A stretch of DNA of 63,663 nt, filler included, from Reclinomonas americana ATCC 50394 (Eukaryota), in NCBI GenBank assembly GCA_048213135.1. It is 17 parts of 17 records of this genome, joined end to end, with 100 filler letters (N's around TTAATTAATTAA, not from the genome) between each part and the next. Parts side by side here need not be neighbours in the genome. Positions count along the whole stretch, not along the records: positions 35,540 to 40,989 come from AFZH01023034.1; positions 41,090 to 43,986 come from AFZH01023035.1; positions 44,087 to 45,752 come from AFZH01023037.1; positions 45,853 to 49,808 come from AFZH01023038.1; positions 49,909 to 51,519 come from AFZH01023040.1; 12 more parts are not named here. One strand, 5' to 3'. Positions 38,965 through 50,226 of this stretch are shown here, piece after piece. Position 1 is the stretch's first letter; each line of letters starts with the position of its first letter. A program made the position numbers and the translations under genes. The notes below the pieces were generated by a model that was not told where the DNA came from, did not search any database, and saw only the letters and a list, made by a program, of their open reading frames with translations.

Positions 38965-40958
38965 ATGTGGTCTCGCGTGGCGACCGCCGTCGCCTGTGTG
39001 TGCTCCTTCTCCGTGTCCGCCTGGTCCAAGAGCACCTCAGGCAACAAACCCGGCTCCACCGGCGCCTTGGTTCTCAATGCCGCCGGTTACTCGCGCTCTG
39101 TTGACAAGTCGGTGAGTGGTGGTGAAGGAGAAGAAGAAGGGAGAGAATGAGAGAGAGAGAGAGAGAAAGAGAAAGAGAAAGAGAAGGGAAGAGAAGAGAA
39201 GAAGAGAAGAGAAGAGAAGAGAGAGAAAGAGAGAGAGAGTGCATGCAAGGACAGATGATTGCATGCATGCTCTGTCTCCTTCTCTCTCCCCTTTCTCTCT
39301 CTCCCTCTCTCTCTCTCTTTGTGTGTGACTGTGCATCTCATGTTCGGAAATCACGCTGCACAAATGAAGGGCGGTGAGGTGGAAGGCGGGAATTCATCTC
39401 CTTCATCGTCGCCGACTGCGGTGCGAAGTCGCGAGGATTCTCGATCGTTCCTCGCGGAGATTGTCGGCTCTGAGTCGCTTCGTGGACGGGTGCTCAACAC
39501 AGGTGCGCGGGCGCAGCCAGTTGTCTCTCTTCTTTGATTCATTCTTCCTCATCTTCTTGCCTTCCCTTTTTAGGCTGCCTCCTCAAAATGGCCGACATGG
39601 TCGCCGGTCGCGTGGCCTACCTGCACGCTCGCCACCGCGTGGCCACTCTGCTGTTCGACTCGGTGCGCGTTCTCCGCCCGGCGCTGCACAACGACTTGGT
39701 GCGCGTCGAGGGCGAGTTGATCAAGGTCGGCCTGTCGTCCATGACGGTCGAAGTGCGTGCGTACCGCTGCGACTTTGCCACCAAGGAGTGGCAGCCGCTG
39801 CTCACGTGCCACGTGATCATGGTGGCCATTGATGAGCGCGGCCGACCGTGGAAGCACATTCCCAGTTTCGTTCCATCCCATCGTGCATCCTTCTTTTTCG
39901 CTCACCCGCGGCATGCAGAGCTTCTCGAGCAGCAGCAGCAACGCGACAGCAGTGGACGACAGTTCCTCTCCATTCAGCCAGGTGCGAGGCGCAGTGACAG
40001 AGTGTGCGGTCATTTTGTGTTGCTGTCTTTTTCACGGGCTGGGCCGCAGCGATCCCGGAGGCCGAGGGTCACCTGCGAGGTGTGTTTCCTGTTGTTTGTG
40101 TTCTGTGTCATGCGTTTCGGTCTCAATTCTGTGGACTGCGCAGTTGAGGATGTCGAGGTTTGTTGTTTCAAGCAGACTGTGACCGGTCTTGTCAACCTCC
40201 TGACACAGCCTCGCAGGACCCGGTCAATCGCCACAAGGTCACGCACGTCGACATGCGCGAGACTGAGATTCTGCTGCAGCGCCACTTCATGCCGCGTCAC
40301 AAGAACATCAACGACTCGATCTTTGGCGGTTGGTTTTGAAAAGATAGGATTGATGTGTTGATGGCCTGATGCTTACTATCGAGGTGTGCTCTGCAGGTGA
40401 AATGCTCGAGATGATGGAGGTGTGTGTTTCTTCGATTGTGCCTCGCAGCGTTCTCCCTCTCCTTTTCCTTCCCCGGCGCTTGTCTGCTTTCGTCCTTGCA
40501 GTGACACACGCACCTTCTCTTGTCTCCATGTCAGGGGTTGTGCAGTGCTGCTACAAGATTCTCATCCACTCTCTGTCCTCCTCTCTCTGGTGCTTTTCTG
40601 CTCTCGTCGCTGCCACTTTGCACAATTTATCTTCTTTCCGTAATGCTTCCCACATGTGCTGGTACGCACGAGCACGGACAACTCGCGCGCGCGCACTCTC
40701 TCACTCTTCCTCCTTTCCCTCGCTTGTCTGCTCTCGTCACCGCCACACTGCACGCGATCTGTCTTCTCTCCTTCCCTGTCGTGTCGTCTTTCCTTCATGA
40801 GTTCTCACCTGCCGTTTCTTGCGATCGTGTTCTCTCTCCCGGGCGCTTGACTATTTCCATTACTGCCACTGTACACGGGGCCTGTATTTTCTCCTTCCTT
40901 GTCGTCTCGTCTGTGCTTCGTGAGTTCTCGTCAGTGCCGTTTCGTACAAGCATTGTCG

Positions 40959-40989
<31 letters not shown>

Positions 40990-41199
40990 NNNNNNNNNNN
41001 NNNNNNNNNNNNNNNNNNNNNNNNNNNNNNNNNTTAATTAATTAANNNNNNNNNNNNNNNNNNNNNNNNNNNNNNNNNNNNNNNNNNNNCCACTGTACTA
41101 CGGGCCGTCGTATTTTCTTCCTTCCTTCGTCGTCTCGTCTGTGCTTCGTCGTAGTTCGTTCGTCTACGTGTCCGTTTCCGTTACGTAACGACATTGTCG

Positions 41200-41240
<41 letters not shown>

Positions 41241-42083
41241 GGTCGCTTATCTGTTTCCATTACTATCACTTTTCACGCGGTTTGTCTTCGCCTTCCTCTC
41301 ATTCCATCACAATGGCTCGAGCATTGCCATCTTCGCTCTATTTTCTCTGTCCCTCTTCCTTATTGCCCACCCACTATCCCGTCGTGTATCTTGTCTGCCA
41401 AGTAGTCTTCGTTTCTCGCGTCCCTGCCCGCTTCATTCACATCCGCCATCCATTCTCCCTCACTTCTCCCTTCCGCAGCGCCTGGCCACACAAACGGTGC
41501 AGCACTTTTCCACCTCTCCAGAATTGACGGCATACACCGTGGCCATGCAATCGATCTTGTTCAAGGTACGACAGCACGCACACTCACACGGTGCGATCTG
41601 GCACTCAACCGTGGAATGTCACAGCACCCCGTCGACGTGTCCGACTTGGTGCGCGCTCGTGCTCGCGTAATCTACGTGTCGCACGCGCACATCATGGTGC
41701 GCGTCAACGTGTCGTTGCTGAAGATTGACGGCACCGTGGTCGAAAGTCACGACGGTTTGTTGATTGCAGCGCCTTTGTGTGTGAATCGCGCACTGACTCT
41801 CCATCATCTGCAGGTTACTTTACGGTGCGACTCTCTCGCTTGAGAATCGACACCTTCCTCCTTTCTCGAGCGTTTGACTCATGCATGCATCATCTCGCAG
41901 GTGGCCTCGTACGACTCGATCGGCTTCAAGATGGCGGTCGACAAAGGCATCAGTCTCAGCGAGGATGATCAGGAAGGCTTGCGCGAGTACCGCCGCGGAC
42001 GGCTGATGTACGAGGCACTGAAGAAGGGCGATCAACCAATCGTTGATTATGCCGGCCGACCGCTGGCGCGGGCGGGTCTGTGA
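38965..42083 (+). CDS. Double-hotdog acyl-CoA thioesterase; spans a contig gap
   Basis: Domain 1 GCLLKMADMVAGRVA..FDSVRVLRP..VGLSSMTVEV..MVAIDERGRP; domain 2 FMPRHKNINDSIFGG/EMLEMME..FKHPVDVSDLVRARARVIY. Confidence 0.85.
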
Positions 42084-42233
42084 AACCAGATGAATCCGCA
42101 AGTGCACAGTCGATTTCATTAGAAGCGTATTACTGCGTGTCTTGATTTTTTCTCTTCTTCAATTGCACTGCTGCTGGAGGGCAGGCGAGAATTACACACT
42201 CTATTATTCTTTTTTTGCACAGTCGAGCAGGCC

Positions 42234-44461
42234 TCACTCGTCAGCCTCGTCGGCCCACCGGTCCGGCAGCATTTCCGAGTCCACATCCTCGTCGTCTTCA
42301 TCATCGTCGTCCACATCCATGTCATCTCCGTCTTCTTCTTCTTCTTCATCATCGTCTTCATCGTCTTCGTCTTCTTCCTCTTCCTCCTTTTTGACGTCTT
42401 CCTTGACTTCGTGCTCGGACTCCGTGTCTGCACTCTCCGCTTGTCTCCCGCCGAGTCGCTGTGCTACCCCAGGCAACAGTAGACGCAAGGCGCCATCGAT
42501 GTCGGAAATGGAAATATCGCTGCCGAGGCGAGCGTCGATGTGCGCCACTACGAGGGCGAGCGCCTGTCGAATAAAGAACTCTGCCGCCTGTCGCATCTCC
42601 TCGTACACGCTCCGACGAGGTCTCATGACTGCTTGTCTCCGCGCGTCCTCCGGTTGCAAGCTGCAGTGGCATGTTTCAGAACGGGCAGAAGGCACACGCG
42701 GCAAGGGTGTACTCCAGAACTTTTCGTTCCACTCTCAAGTTGCACTCTCTCGCTACACCCCCCTCTCTCTCTTCCTCTCATTCGCTGCTCTCTCGCTTCA
42801 CTCCCTCGTTGCACTTTCTCACTTCACTCCTCGTTGCACTCTCTCGCTTCACTCCTCGTTGCACTCTCTCGCTTCACTTCCTCGTTGCACTCTCTCGCTT
42901 CACTTTTCGATGCACTCTATCCCTCCCTCTTCTCTCCATCTCTCTCCTCTCCCTCTCCCACTTTGCTCGCTCTCCCTCGTTGCACTCTGTCGCTTCACTC
43001 CCTTGTTGCTCTCTCTCACATCACTCCCTCGTTGCTCTCTCTCGCATCACTCCCTCGTTGCTCTCTCTCGCATCACACTCTCTTTGCTCTCTCTCTCCCA
43101 CTTTGCTCGCTCTCCCTCGTTGCACTCTGTCGCTTCACTCCCTTCTTGTACTCTCTCGCATCACTCCCTCGTTGCTCTCTGTCGCTTCACTCCGTTCTTG
43201 CACTCTCTCGCATCATTCCCTCGTTGCTCTCTCTCGCATCACACTCTCTTTGCTCTCTCTCTCTCTCCCTCTCTCCCTTCCTCCCTCCCCCCTCCGTGAC
43301 TCACTTCGCAATCTCGCTTGCCGTCGCATTGTGGTCGAATAAGCAGCCCACAAAATGCTCACGCTTGACTCGATCCACTTTTTTGTCGTCCGCTTCGAAG
43401 GCCGCCACCTCCTCCTTGCGCTTTCGCCGGGCTCTGGGCGACGAACAGCGTGAGGACGAATTCCCATGGATTTCATAAACTCATGGGAGCGAGGCACAAA
43501 ACTCTGATCGCTCCCGTGCCACCGTGTCGTCGTCAATCTCCTCTGCTTGCTCGTACTTGGCAGGCGGAAGCAATCCTATTGAAGGAGATGTGTGAGATAC
43601 ACAATTCGCGTACGACGATGACCGAGGGAGAGAAAGGAGAAGAAACCAAAGCAGCTCAGACAGACAGAAGCGCGCGCACACAAACAAGAACATACACACA
43701 AAAACTCAAACACAGGAAAAGGCACACAGTAACAGCAAGGGTGTATATGAGAGAGAAAGAGAGAGAGAGAGAAACAGATAACAGGAGGCAGAAAGGAGGA
43801 AGTTCTCGGGTGTGTTCTTGTTTGGGATGCGTGCTCTTGTGTGGGCGAATGCGAGAGAAAGAGAGAGACAAACAGATAACAGACAACAGGAGGCAGAAAG
43901 GCGGAAGGGGTAGCGAGTGAGTTGCAATGTGTTCGTGTGTTTGAGTTCTTGTGTGTGTTCTTGTGTGGGTGCATATCAGAGAGAGGNNNNNNNNNNNNNN
44001 NNNNNNNNNNNNNNNNNNNNNNNNNNNNNNTTAATTAATTAANNNNNNNNNNNNNNNNNNNNNNNNNNNNNNNNNNNNNNNNNNNNGGCAAACCCACGTC
44101 AGCACACCGTCCACACTCACACACAATCTTACACACACACACACACTCGCTCACCTCTCCTCCGCCTCTCCTCCTCCTCCTCCTCCTCATCATCATCATC
44201 TACGGCCTCTCTTTTACCACGCACGTCACCCTTTTGATGAACATCATCGACTTCATCTTCTTCTTCGTCTTCCTCATGCGGGAACGAAAACACTTGCGAG
44301 GAATACGACAAAGGCGATTGCGCTGCTGCTCGTGTCGACTCCTTCTCCTTTGTCTTCTTCGCCCTCTTCTTCTCCGCCTCTTCCTCCTCGTCGGTTTCGG
44401 AGACGGGCCGGCGACGCTCTCGCTGGCGAGTGAGCTGTGCGCGGAGGGCGGCAAAGGCCAT
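42234..44461 (-). CDS. Acidic/basic low-complexity nuclear protein with a putative H4-like histone fold; spans a contig gap
   Basis: SVYEEMRQAAEFFIRQALALVVAHIDARLGSDISISDIDGALRLL resembles the alpha2-L2-alpha3 part of histone H4; D/E-rich C-terminus. Confidence 0.55.
42740..43265. repeat. Intronic minisatellite, about 26-bp unit (CTCTCTCGCWTCACTCCCTCGTTGCW)
   Basis: More than ten degenerate tandem copies. Confidence 0.85.
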
Positions 44462-44917
44462 GGTGTTTGCGATTGGGAGGACAAGGGGACGGCCTATAGA
44501 CGACGAAACAGGGAGAAGGCCGACGAGAAGAAGGAGAAGGGGAAGTGAGAGGACACCTGGCCTTGGTGTGTGATTGACGCAGTGGCCATGGAAACGAGTG
44601 TACGATGTATATATCGACGTCGACGCATTCGAATTCGAAATGCAAGCACCAGTTTTCTCACAAGATGCAGCGTAAAAGCAGTACCTCGTACTTCATGACC
44701 TCTTGCGCCATCTTGTGCATCGCGCAATGTGCTTGTTTTCTAACATTCAGCATCTGTGAAAACAAAAAACCAATACTGGAAGAATTACAGTGCGTGAATC
44801 CTTTCCTTCATGAGCGAGGCAGCGCTGTAACAAGCAGAAGCTTATGGACATGGACTCTATACACCACCTCTTTGTCATGCTAGCCAAAATGCTCCTTTGC
44901 AACCTTCAATATTCATA

Positions 44918-45099
44918 AAATACCGGCGAAATTACGTTGCACAAACTCACTTTTTCTTTGACAATCATGAGCGAGGCAACGACGAAGAACAAGAAGAACA
45001 AAAAGTCCTCTGAGAAGAAGAAGGAGAAGAAGGCCAAACAAAAGGCCTCCATGTGAGCATGGCAGACACAAGTGAGGAGGCCACTGTGACAACATCAAC
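44918..45099 (+). pseudogene. Truncated tandem duplicate of the LARP7-like gene 5' end
   Basis: Near-identical to 45202-45388; ATG at 44967 reads MSEATTKNKK..KQKASM* because of a deletion before the donor site. Confidence 0.75.
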
Positions 45100-45247
45100 A
45101 GAAATGCAAGCTGAAATCGACGTGCATCATTGTATCTCTGCACCTGAAGTCCTCGTGTGCCACCTTGCTATAATGTAAACCAATACACTTGAATATCAGC
45201 GAAATACCGGCGAAATTACAAAAAACACACTTTTTCTTTTGACAATC

Positions 45248-45925
45248 ATGAGCGAGGCAACGACGAAGAACAAGAAGAACAAGAAGTCCTCTGAGAAGAA
45301 GAAGGAGAAGAAGGCCAAACAAAAGGCCAGCAACACGCTCGATGTGAGCATGACAGACACAAGTGAGGAGGCCACTGTGACAACAACAGCGAGTCTTCTT
45401 GTGGCGCCCTCTCGTGTGCAAACACAAATGGAGTTCTACTTTAGCGACGCCAATCTCAGTCAGCCGGCCTCGTTCATGTTGAAGCTGATTAAGAAGAATG
45501 AGGAAGGATGTTGCGTGTGTGTGTTGGATTGATCGATTGCGTGCATTGCGTGCATGCATTGTGACCCTTTTTTTCTCACAACTTGCCTGTTGTCTGCTCT
45601 CTTCTCCTCTTATTTGCTCGCACTTTCGCAGTCTCTCTCCCCTACTCTTCAGTCACTCTTTGTTCTCAGTGTCTCTCTCCCCTTTCTCTTCTCTCTCTCT
45701 CTCTCTCTCACTCTCCTTTTCTCACTCTCCTTCACTCACTCTCCTTCACTCANNNNNNNNNNNNNNNNNNNNNNNNNNNNNNNNNNNNNNNNNNNNTTAA
45801 TTAATTAANNNNNNNNNNNNNNNNNNNNNNNNNNNNNNNNNNNNNNNNNNNNCTCTCCCGTCGCTCTCGTTGAGCACTCTTCCTGACATAATCACTCTCG
45901 CTCTGCCCTTCCCTCTCTCTCACTC

Positions 45926-45960
<35 letters not shown>

Positions 45961-48762
45961 CATTCACTTGGCCTCACACTCATTCACTTGGCCTCACACT
46001 CTTTCGCTTGGCCTCTGTGCTTGCAGCCATTCTCTCCTTCTCACTCTTGTCTCACTGTCACTCTGCACCTCGTCCTCCTCCTCTGTCGCCTTTCAAGTTC
46101 TCTTCCTGTTCTCCCCCCTTCGCCCTCATCGCTCACCCACCCTCTCCCTATCGCACCCAGACGTCGACCTCTCCACCTTCCTCGCCTTCAACAAGCTCAT
46201 CGAGTTCGGCGTGCGCGACATTGCCACGCTTGCCGAATGCATTCGTGCATCCACCGAGCTGGAGGTTTGCATGTGACGTTGTGTGATGATGACAATGGCG
46301 CTCACATCTTCTGATCCACAGGTGAGTGACGATGGCCAGCGTGTGCGGCGAACACGACCGCTGCCGGAGAAGCGCAATGTCGACGATCGCACGCTGTACT
46401 TGGAGGGCATTGGCGCGCTGGAGACGCACGAATCGCTGCGGCAGTACTTTTCGCAGGCCGGCTCTGTGATTCTAGTCAGCATCCCCAAGCATCCGCCGAG
46501 CCGCCCCGATAAACCGCAGGTTTGGAAGTGCGGTTCTGTTTCCTGTCATAATCTCCTGCCAGTCCCGTCTTCGTGAACTCCTCTTTCTGCCGTGCCGTCG
46601 TCTCCTCCTTTCCCGTTGTCGTCTCCTCCTTTCCCGTCGTCGTCTCCTCCTTTCCCGTCGTCGTCTCCTCCTTCCCCGTCGTCGTTTCTTCCTCCCTTGG
46701 CGTCGTCTCATCCCTCTTCCCGCAGAAACGCAAAGTAAAAGGCTTCGCATTCATCGAGTTTGACGAGCCTGACTGCGTCGCCCGAGCTGTCTCGTTGGTG
46801 GAGGCCGACGCCGCTGTACGCAAATGGAGCTGCATGCCTAAGCTGCAGTGGATGGCCTTCAAGACCGAATTCAAGAAGCTGAAGAAGGCGCAAATGCGCT
46901 TGCAGGTGCGCAACCCGTTGCTCGCAGAGTGCGAACATGGCAAGCCCGTGCTGACATTTCTCATGCAGACATCTGAAGGTGACGATGCCGCACCGAGCAG
47001 CAGCAGCAGCAGCAGCAGTGGCAGCAAGAAAGCAGGAGCCAAGACGGCAGCCGCGCCAGAGAAGCCGCAGCAGCAGGTCCGTGACGCACCGAAGAAAGGA
47101 GTGAAAGAAGGCACAATTTTTGTGCTGGACAACGTGGCACCCGGCGTCACTCGGCAGATGATCAAGGTATTTACAGGCTCTCTCGGGTATTCGATTCTCC
47201 GCCTTCCGTTCTTCTTTTCCTCTGCAATCGATCTCTCCACTTTTTGTTGTTCTTGTCTCTTCCCTCTCATTTTCTAATTCTCTTACCTTCCACGTCTTTT
47301 CCCGTCTTCTGTTTCTCCTCCTATCTTCTGTCTCACATCATTTCTCCCCTGCGCGTCCCTTCACGCCTGCTTCTGTCTCTCCTCTCTCCCTTCTCTGTTG
47401 CCTCTCGTCGCTCGTCTCCCGAATGTCTACAAGAGTCATATCCTCCCGCTTGCTCCTGTCCTGTCCTTGGCTCACACATATCCCTTCTTCCAATAAACAG
47501 GACTACTTCATGTCGCTGGCACCGGTGGCGTACGTGGACGTGGAGAAGATCTTGGCGTCGCCGGATTCCACCGGCCCGGTGTGTCACCAGCGAAGCGTGC
47601 ATCACCTCTTTCCTTATTTTTCCCGCTCACCCTCTTCCATGCTCATTCCAGTGCTTTGTGCGCATGGCGAATCCGGCTGGTTGCAAGCGTGTTCTGCAAG
47701 CGTGCGGCCACCACGTGTCACTTGGCACACAACACTTGCCGATCCGGCCGCTTGAGGGTTTGTCCTGCCTCGCTTCCCCTTCCCCTCTCCTGTTCTCCTC
47801 CTCGCTCACTTCTTCTTCCCCACCAGGCGACGAAGAGCGCGACTACCTGTCCATGGTCAAGAGCCGCAAGAGAGCGCCGTCCCAGCCTGCCGTCGGTGCT
47901 TCCACAGCCGCCAACACCACCGCCATTACCGTCACATCGCCGCAGTCTCCCACACAGGGGTCACCGCTGCCGGCGAAAGCCGCCGTGGGACTGTCGCTGC
48001 AAGTGCCAACGCCACCGCCGCCACCAGGCGCACCTGGCGCACTCGAGCGGCAGACATCGTCGAGCGCACTCAGTCGCAAGCACATTGTGTATGAGCCCCT
48101 TACGCCGACCGCCGAGGCCACCAAGGCGATCAAGGCCGCGCAGGCGGCTGCCAAGAAGGCCGGCGACACGCCGGAAGTTGTGTGTCGCTCGCATCCTGCT
48201 GCACCTCCTTGTCCCCCCTTCACTCACCACACCAAAAAAAAAAAAAACGCAGCCCGCCAGCGCAGCAGCAGCAGCAGCCGCCAATGGCGAGGAGGGAGCG
48301 AGTGCCAGCAAGAGTCGCCGGAACAAGAAGCGCAGACGTGAAGCGGGGGAGCAGGGTCTGTCGCCGCTCCAGCTGAATGGCGCCGGTGGCGACAGCGACA
48401 CACTGCCAACGCCCGACGCGCTCTCGCCGACAACGCCCACCGAGGACGGCGAGCCGCCACGAAAGCGGGGCAAAAAACAGCCGACACGGCAGCGCAAGGG
48501 CAAGATCGCAGAGCGCGCTGTTGACGGCGACGGCGATGGCGACGGTGACGACGGTGTCGAGGCGCAGCCAGTAGAGGAGAAGGCGGGGAATGGCAAGGTC
48601 GCTGGCAAGCGTAGCAAGCGCGGAGCTGTCGCTGCCGCGGCACCAGCAGCAAACGAAGATGAGCCGCCGAAGAAGCGCGCTCACACGGCTTCTGCTGGAG
48701 ACGCGGCGAGTAAGCGCAAACCGCGTCGACGTGGTGGTGCGGACACAGTAGACGACGAATGA
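45248..48762 (+). CDS. LARP7: La-related protein, LARP7/p65 type (La motif, RRM1, xRRM, basic tail); spans a contig gap
   Basis: QMEFYFSDANL, VDLSTFLAFNKL, VSDDGQRVRRTRPLP, RTLYLEG, VSIPKH..KGFAFIEF, MPKLQWMAFKTEFKKLKK, VAYVD..CFVRM..EGDEERDYL. Confidence 0.8.
46597..46700. repeat. Intronic 21-bp tandem repeat (GTCGTCGTCTCCTCCTTTCCC), about 5 copies
   Basis: Visible tandem units; they produce the spurious EETTTGK and VVSSFPV ORF repeats. Confidence 0.85.
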
Positions 48763-48910
48763 AGAAGCGAAAGCTATCGATCACCGCGCACTTTCATTCA
48801 TGCCAACCAGGCACACACGACAAGCACACGCAGCAACCATTCAATTTGCCAAACACCGCACACACACACACAAACACACACGTAAAAGAAACACAGACGC
48901 TGGGGAGGCG

Positions 48911-50181
48911 TTACATTTCGTCGCGGTAGAGCTGCAGTGACCATGTTAGGATCGCACTCACCACACAAAGAGCACGACAGCGACAATGCTTACCTCGCGC
49001 GAGTACGAGTCCTTGGAGGTCGACATGTTGCAGGTGCTGACGGTGAAGGCGAGCATGACGACAAAGAGCACAATCATGGTCCACACGCCGAGCTGGTAGT
49101 TGTTCACTCGCCACGTCGGCGGTGTCGTCACGGTGGCACCACTGGTCGCCTTGACGCGCAGGTTCGACTGCACAAAGGCCGCCTGCTCGCGCGTCATCTC
49201 GGTCGAGCTGCGCGAGTCATCCACCACCGCCACGTACGTCAGCGTGCGGGCGCCGGTCTTCTCCAGGAACGAGGTGATCAGCTGGCCGTACGCAGCGCGC
49301 ACAGTCTCGTACTCGTCGGTGCGTCCACCGAGGCGGCGGATGAGAGCCTGGTGAAGGGGTGAGAAATGAGAGAAATTACAAGAAAGAGATAGATTGCAAG
49401 GGAACAGCACACCTTCAGGCCCGAGAAGGAGAACGAGACGTTGCCGGTCGTCGGCAGGGTGTCGGCCAGACGGGCCAACGCCACCAGCTCATTCAGCACC
49501 TTGCGGTTGGCCTTGTCGCCGACAGTGAGGAAGACGGCGCCGTCAAACACCACGGCGTGGCTGGCGCGGTCAAAGGACACGTCGTTGACGCCGGCCTCGG
49601 AGAGGAGAGTGCTGACGTCGTCCACGTGGAGGCCGTCCATGGTGGGCTGTGACAGGGATGAGAGGGGAGGGTGAGGCGAAGAGAGGAGGGAGGGGGAAGC
49701 AGGGGGGAAGGAGGGGAAGGAGGGGAAGGGAAGGGAAGGAGGAGGAGGAGGAGGAGGAGGAGGAGGAGGAGGAGGAGGAGGAGGAGGAGGAGGAGGAGGA
49801 GGAGGAGGNNNNNNNNNNNNNNNNNNNNNNNNNNNNNNNNNNNNNNNNNNNNTTAATTAATTAANNNNNNNNNNNNNNNNNNNNNNNNNNNNNNNNNNNN
49901 NNNNNNNNCTGGAACAGATCAAAGCCCGCACCAGAAGTCGCCGACTTGAGCACAACAACATCACTTGTTGTTGTTGTTGAGGAAGAAGAGGAAGAGCGGA
50001 AGAGATGAGTGGCGGGGGGCGTGTCAAGTGCCTGCGCGCCATCAAATGCCGCGTACAACGACGACGACGCAGCTGCGACCTGTGCGAATTTTACATTAGG
50101 TGTCTCTCTTGTGTGCTTGTGTCAAGGAGGTGAAGACGCAACGTGGAGGAGCACGAGGAGCACGGCCAAAGCGCGCAGCAT
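48911..50181 (-). CDS. Type I membrane protein, ATP6AP2/(pro)renin-receptor-like V-ATPase accessory candidate; spans a contig gap
   Basis: Signal peptide MLRALAVLLVLLH/VAAA; C-terminal YQLGVWTMIVLFVVMLAFTVSTCNMSTSKDS..LYRDEM*. Confidence 0.55.
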
Positions 50182-50226
50182 GATCAAGTGGAAAAGGGAC
50201 AAATGCGGTGTGGGACTCCGGGACGT

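Noticed and set aside
37971..39077. 368-aa minus-strand ORF
   Set aside because: Non-ATG start; it overlaps the ankyrin gene and the thioesterase first exon in antisense and has no domain signal.
40867..41240. Diverged repeat on both sides of a gap
   Set aside because: The second copy differs mainly by scattered single-base insertions at a contig edge. This fits low-quality (pyrosequencing-like) read ends. Frameshifts near contig ends elsewhere may likewise be errors.
42740..43265. Possible CRISPR-like array
   Set aside because: The units are contiguous and degenerate with no unique spacers, there are no cas genes, and the context is a eukaryotic intron.
42142..43478. Plus-strand repetitive ORFs of 223-385 aa
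   Set aside because: They derive from an intronic minisatellite and the antisense of the real gene.
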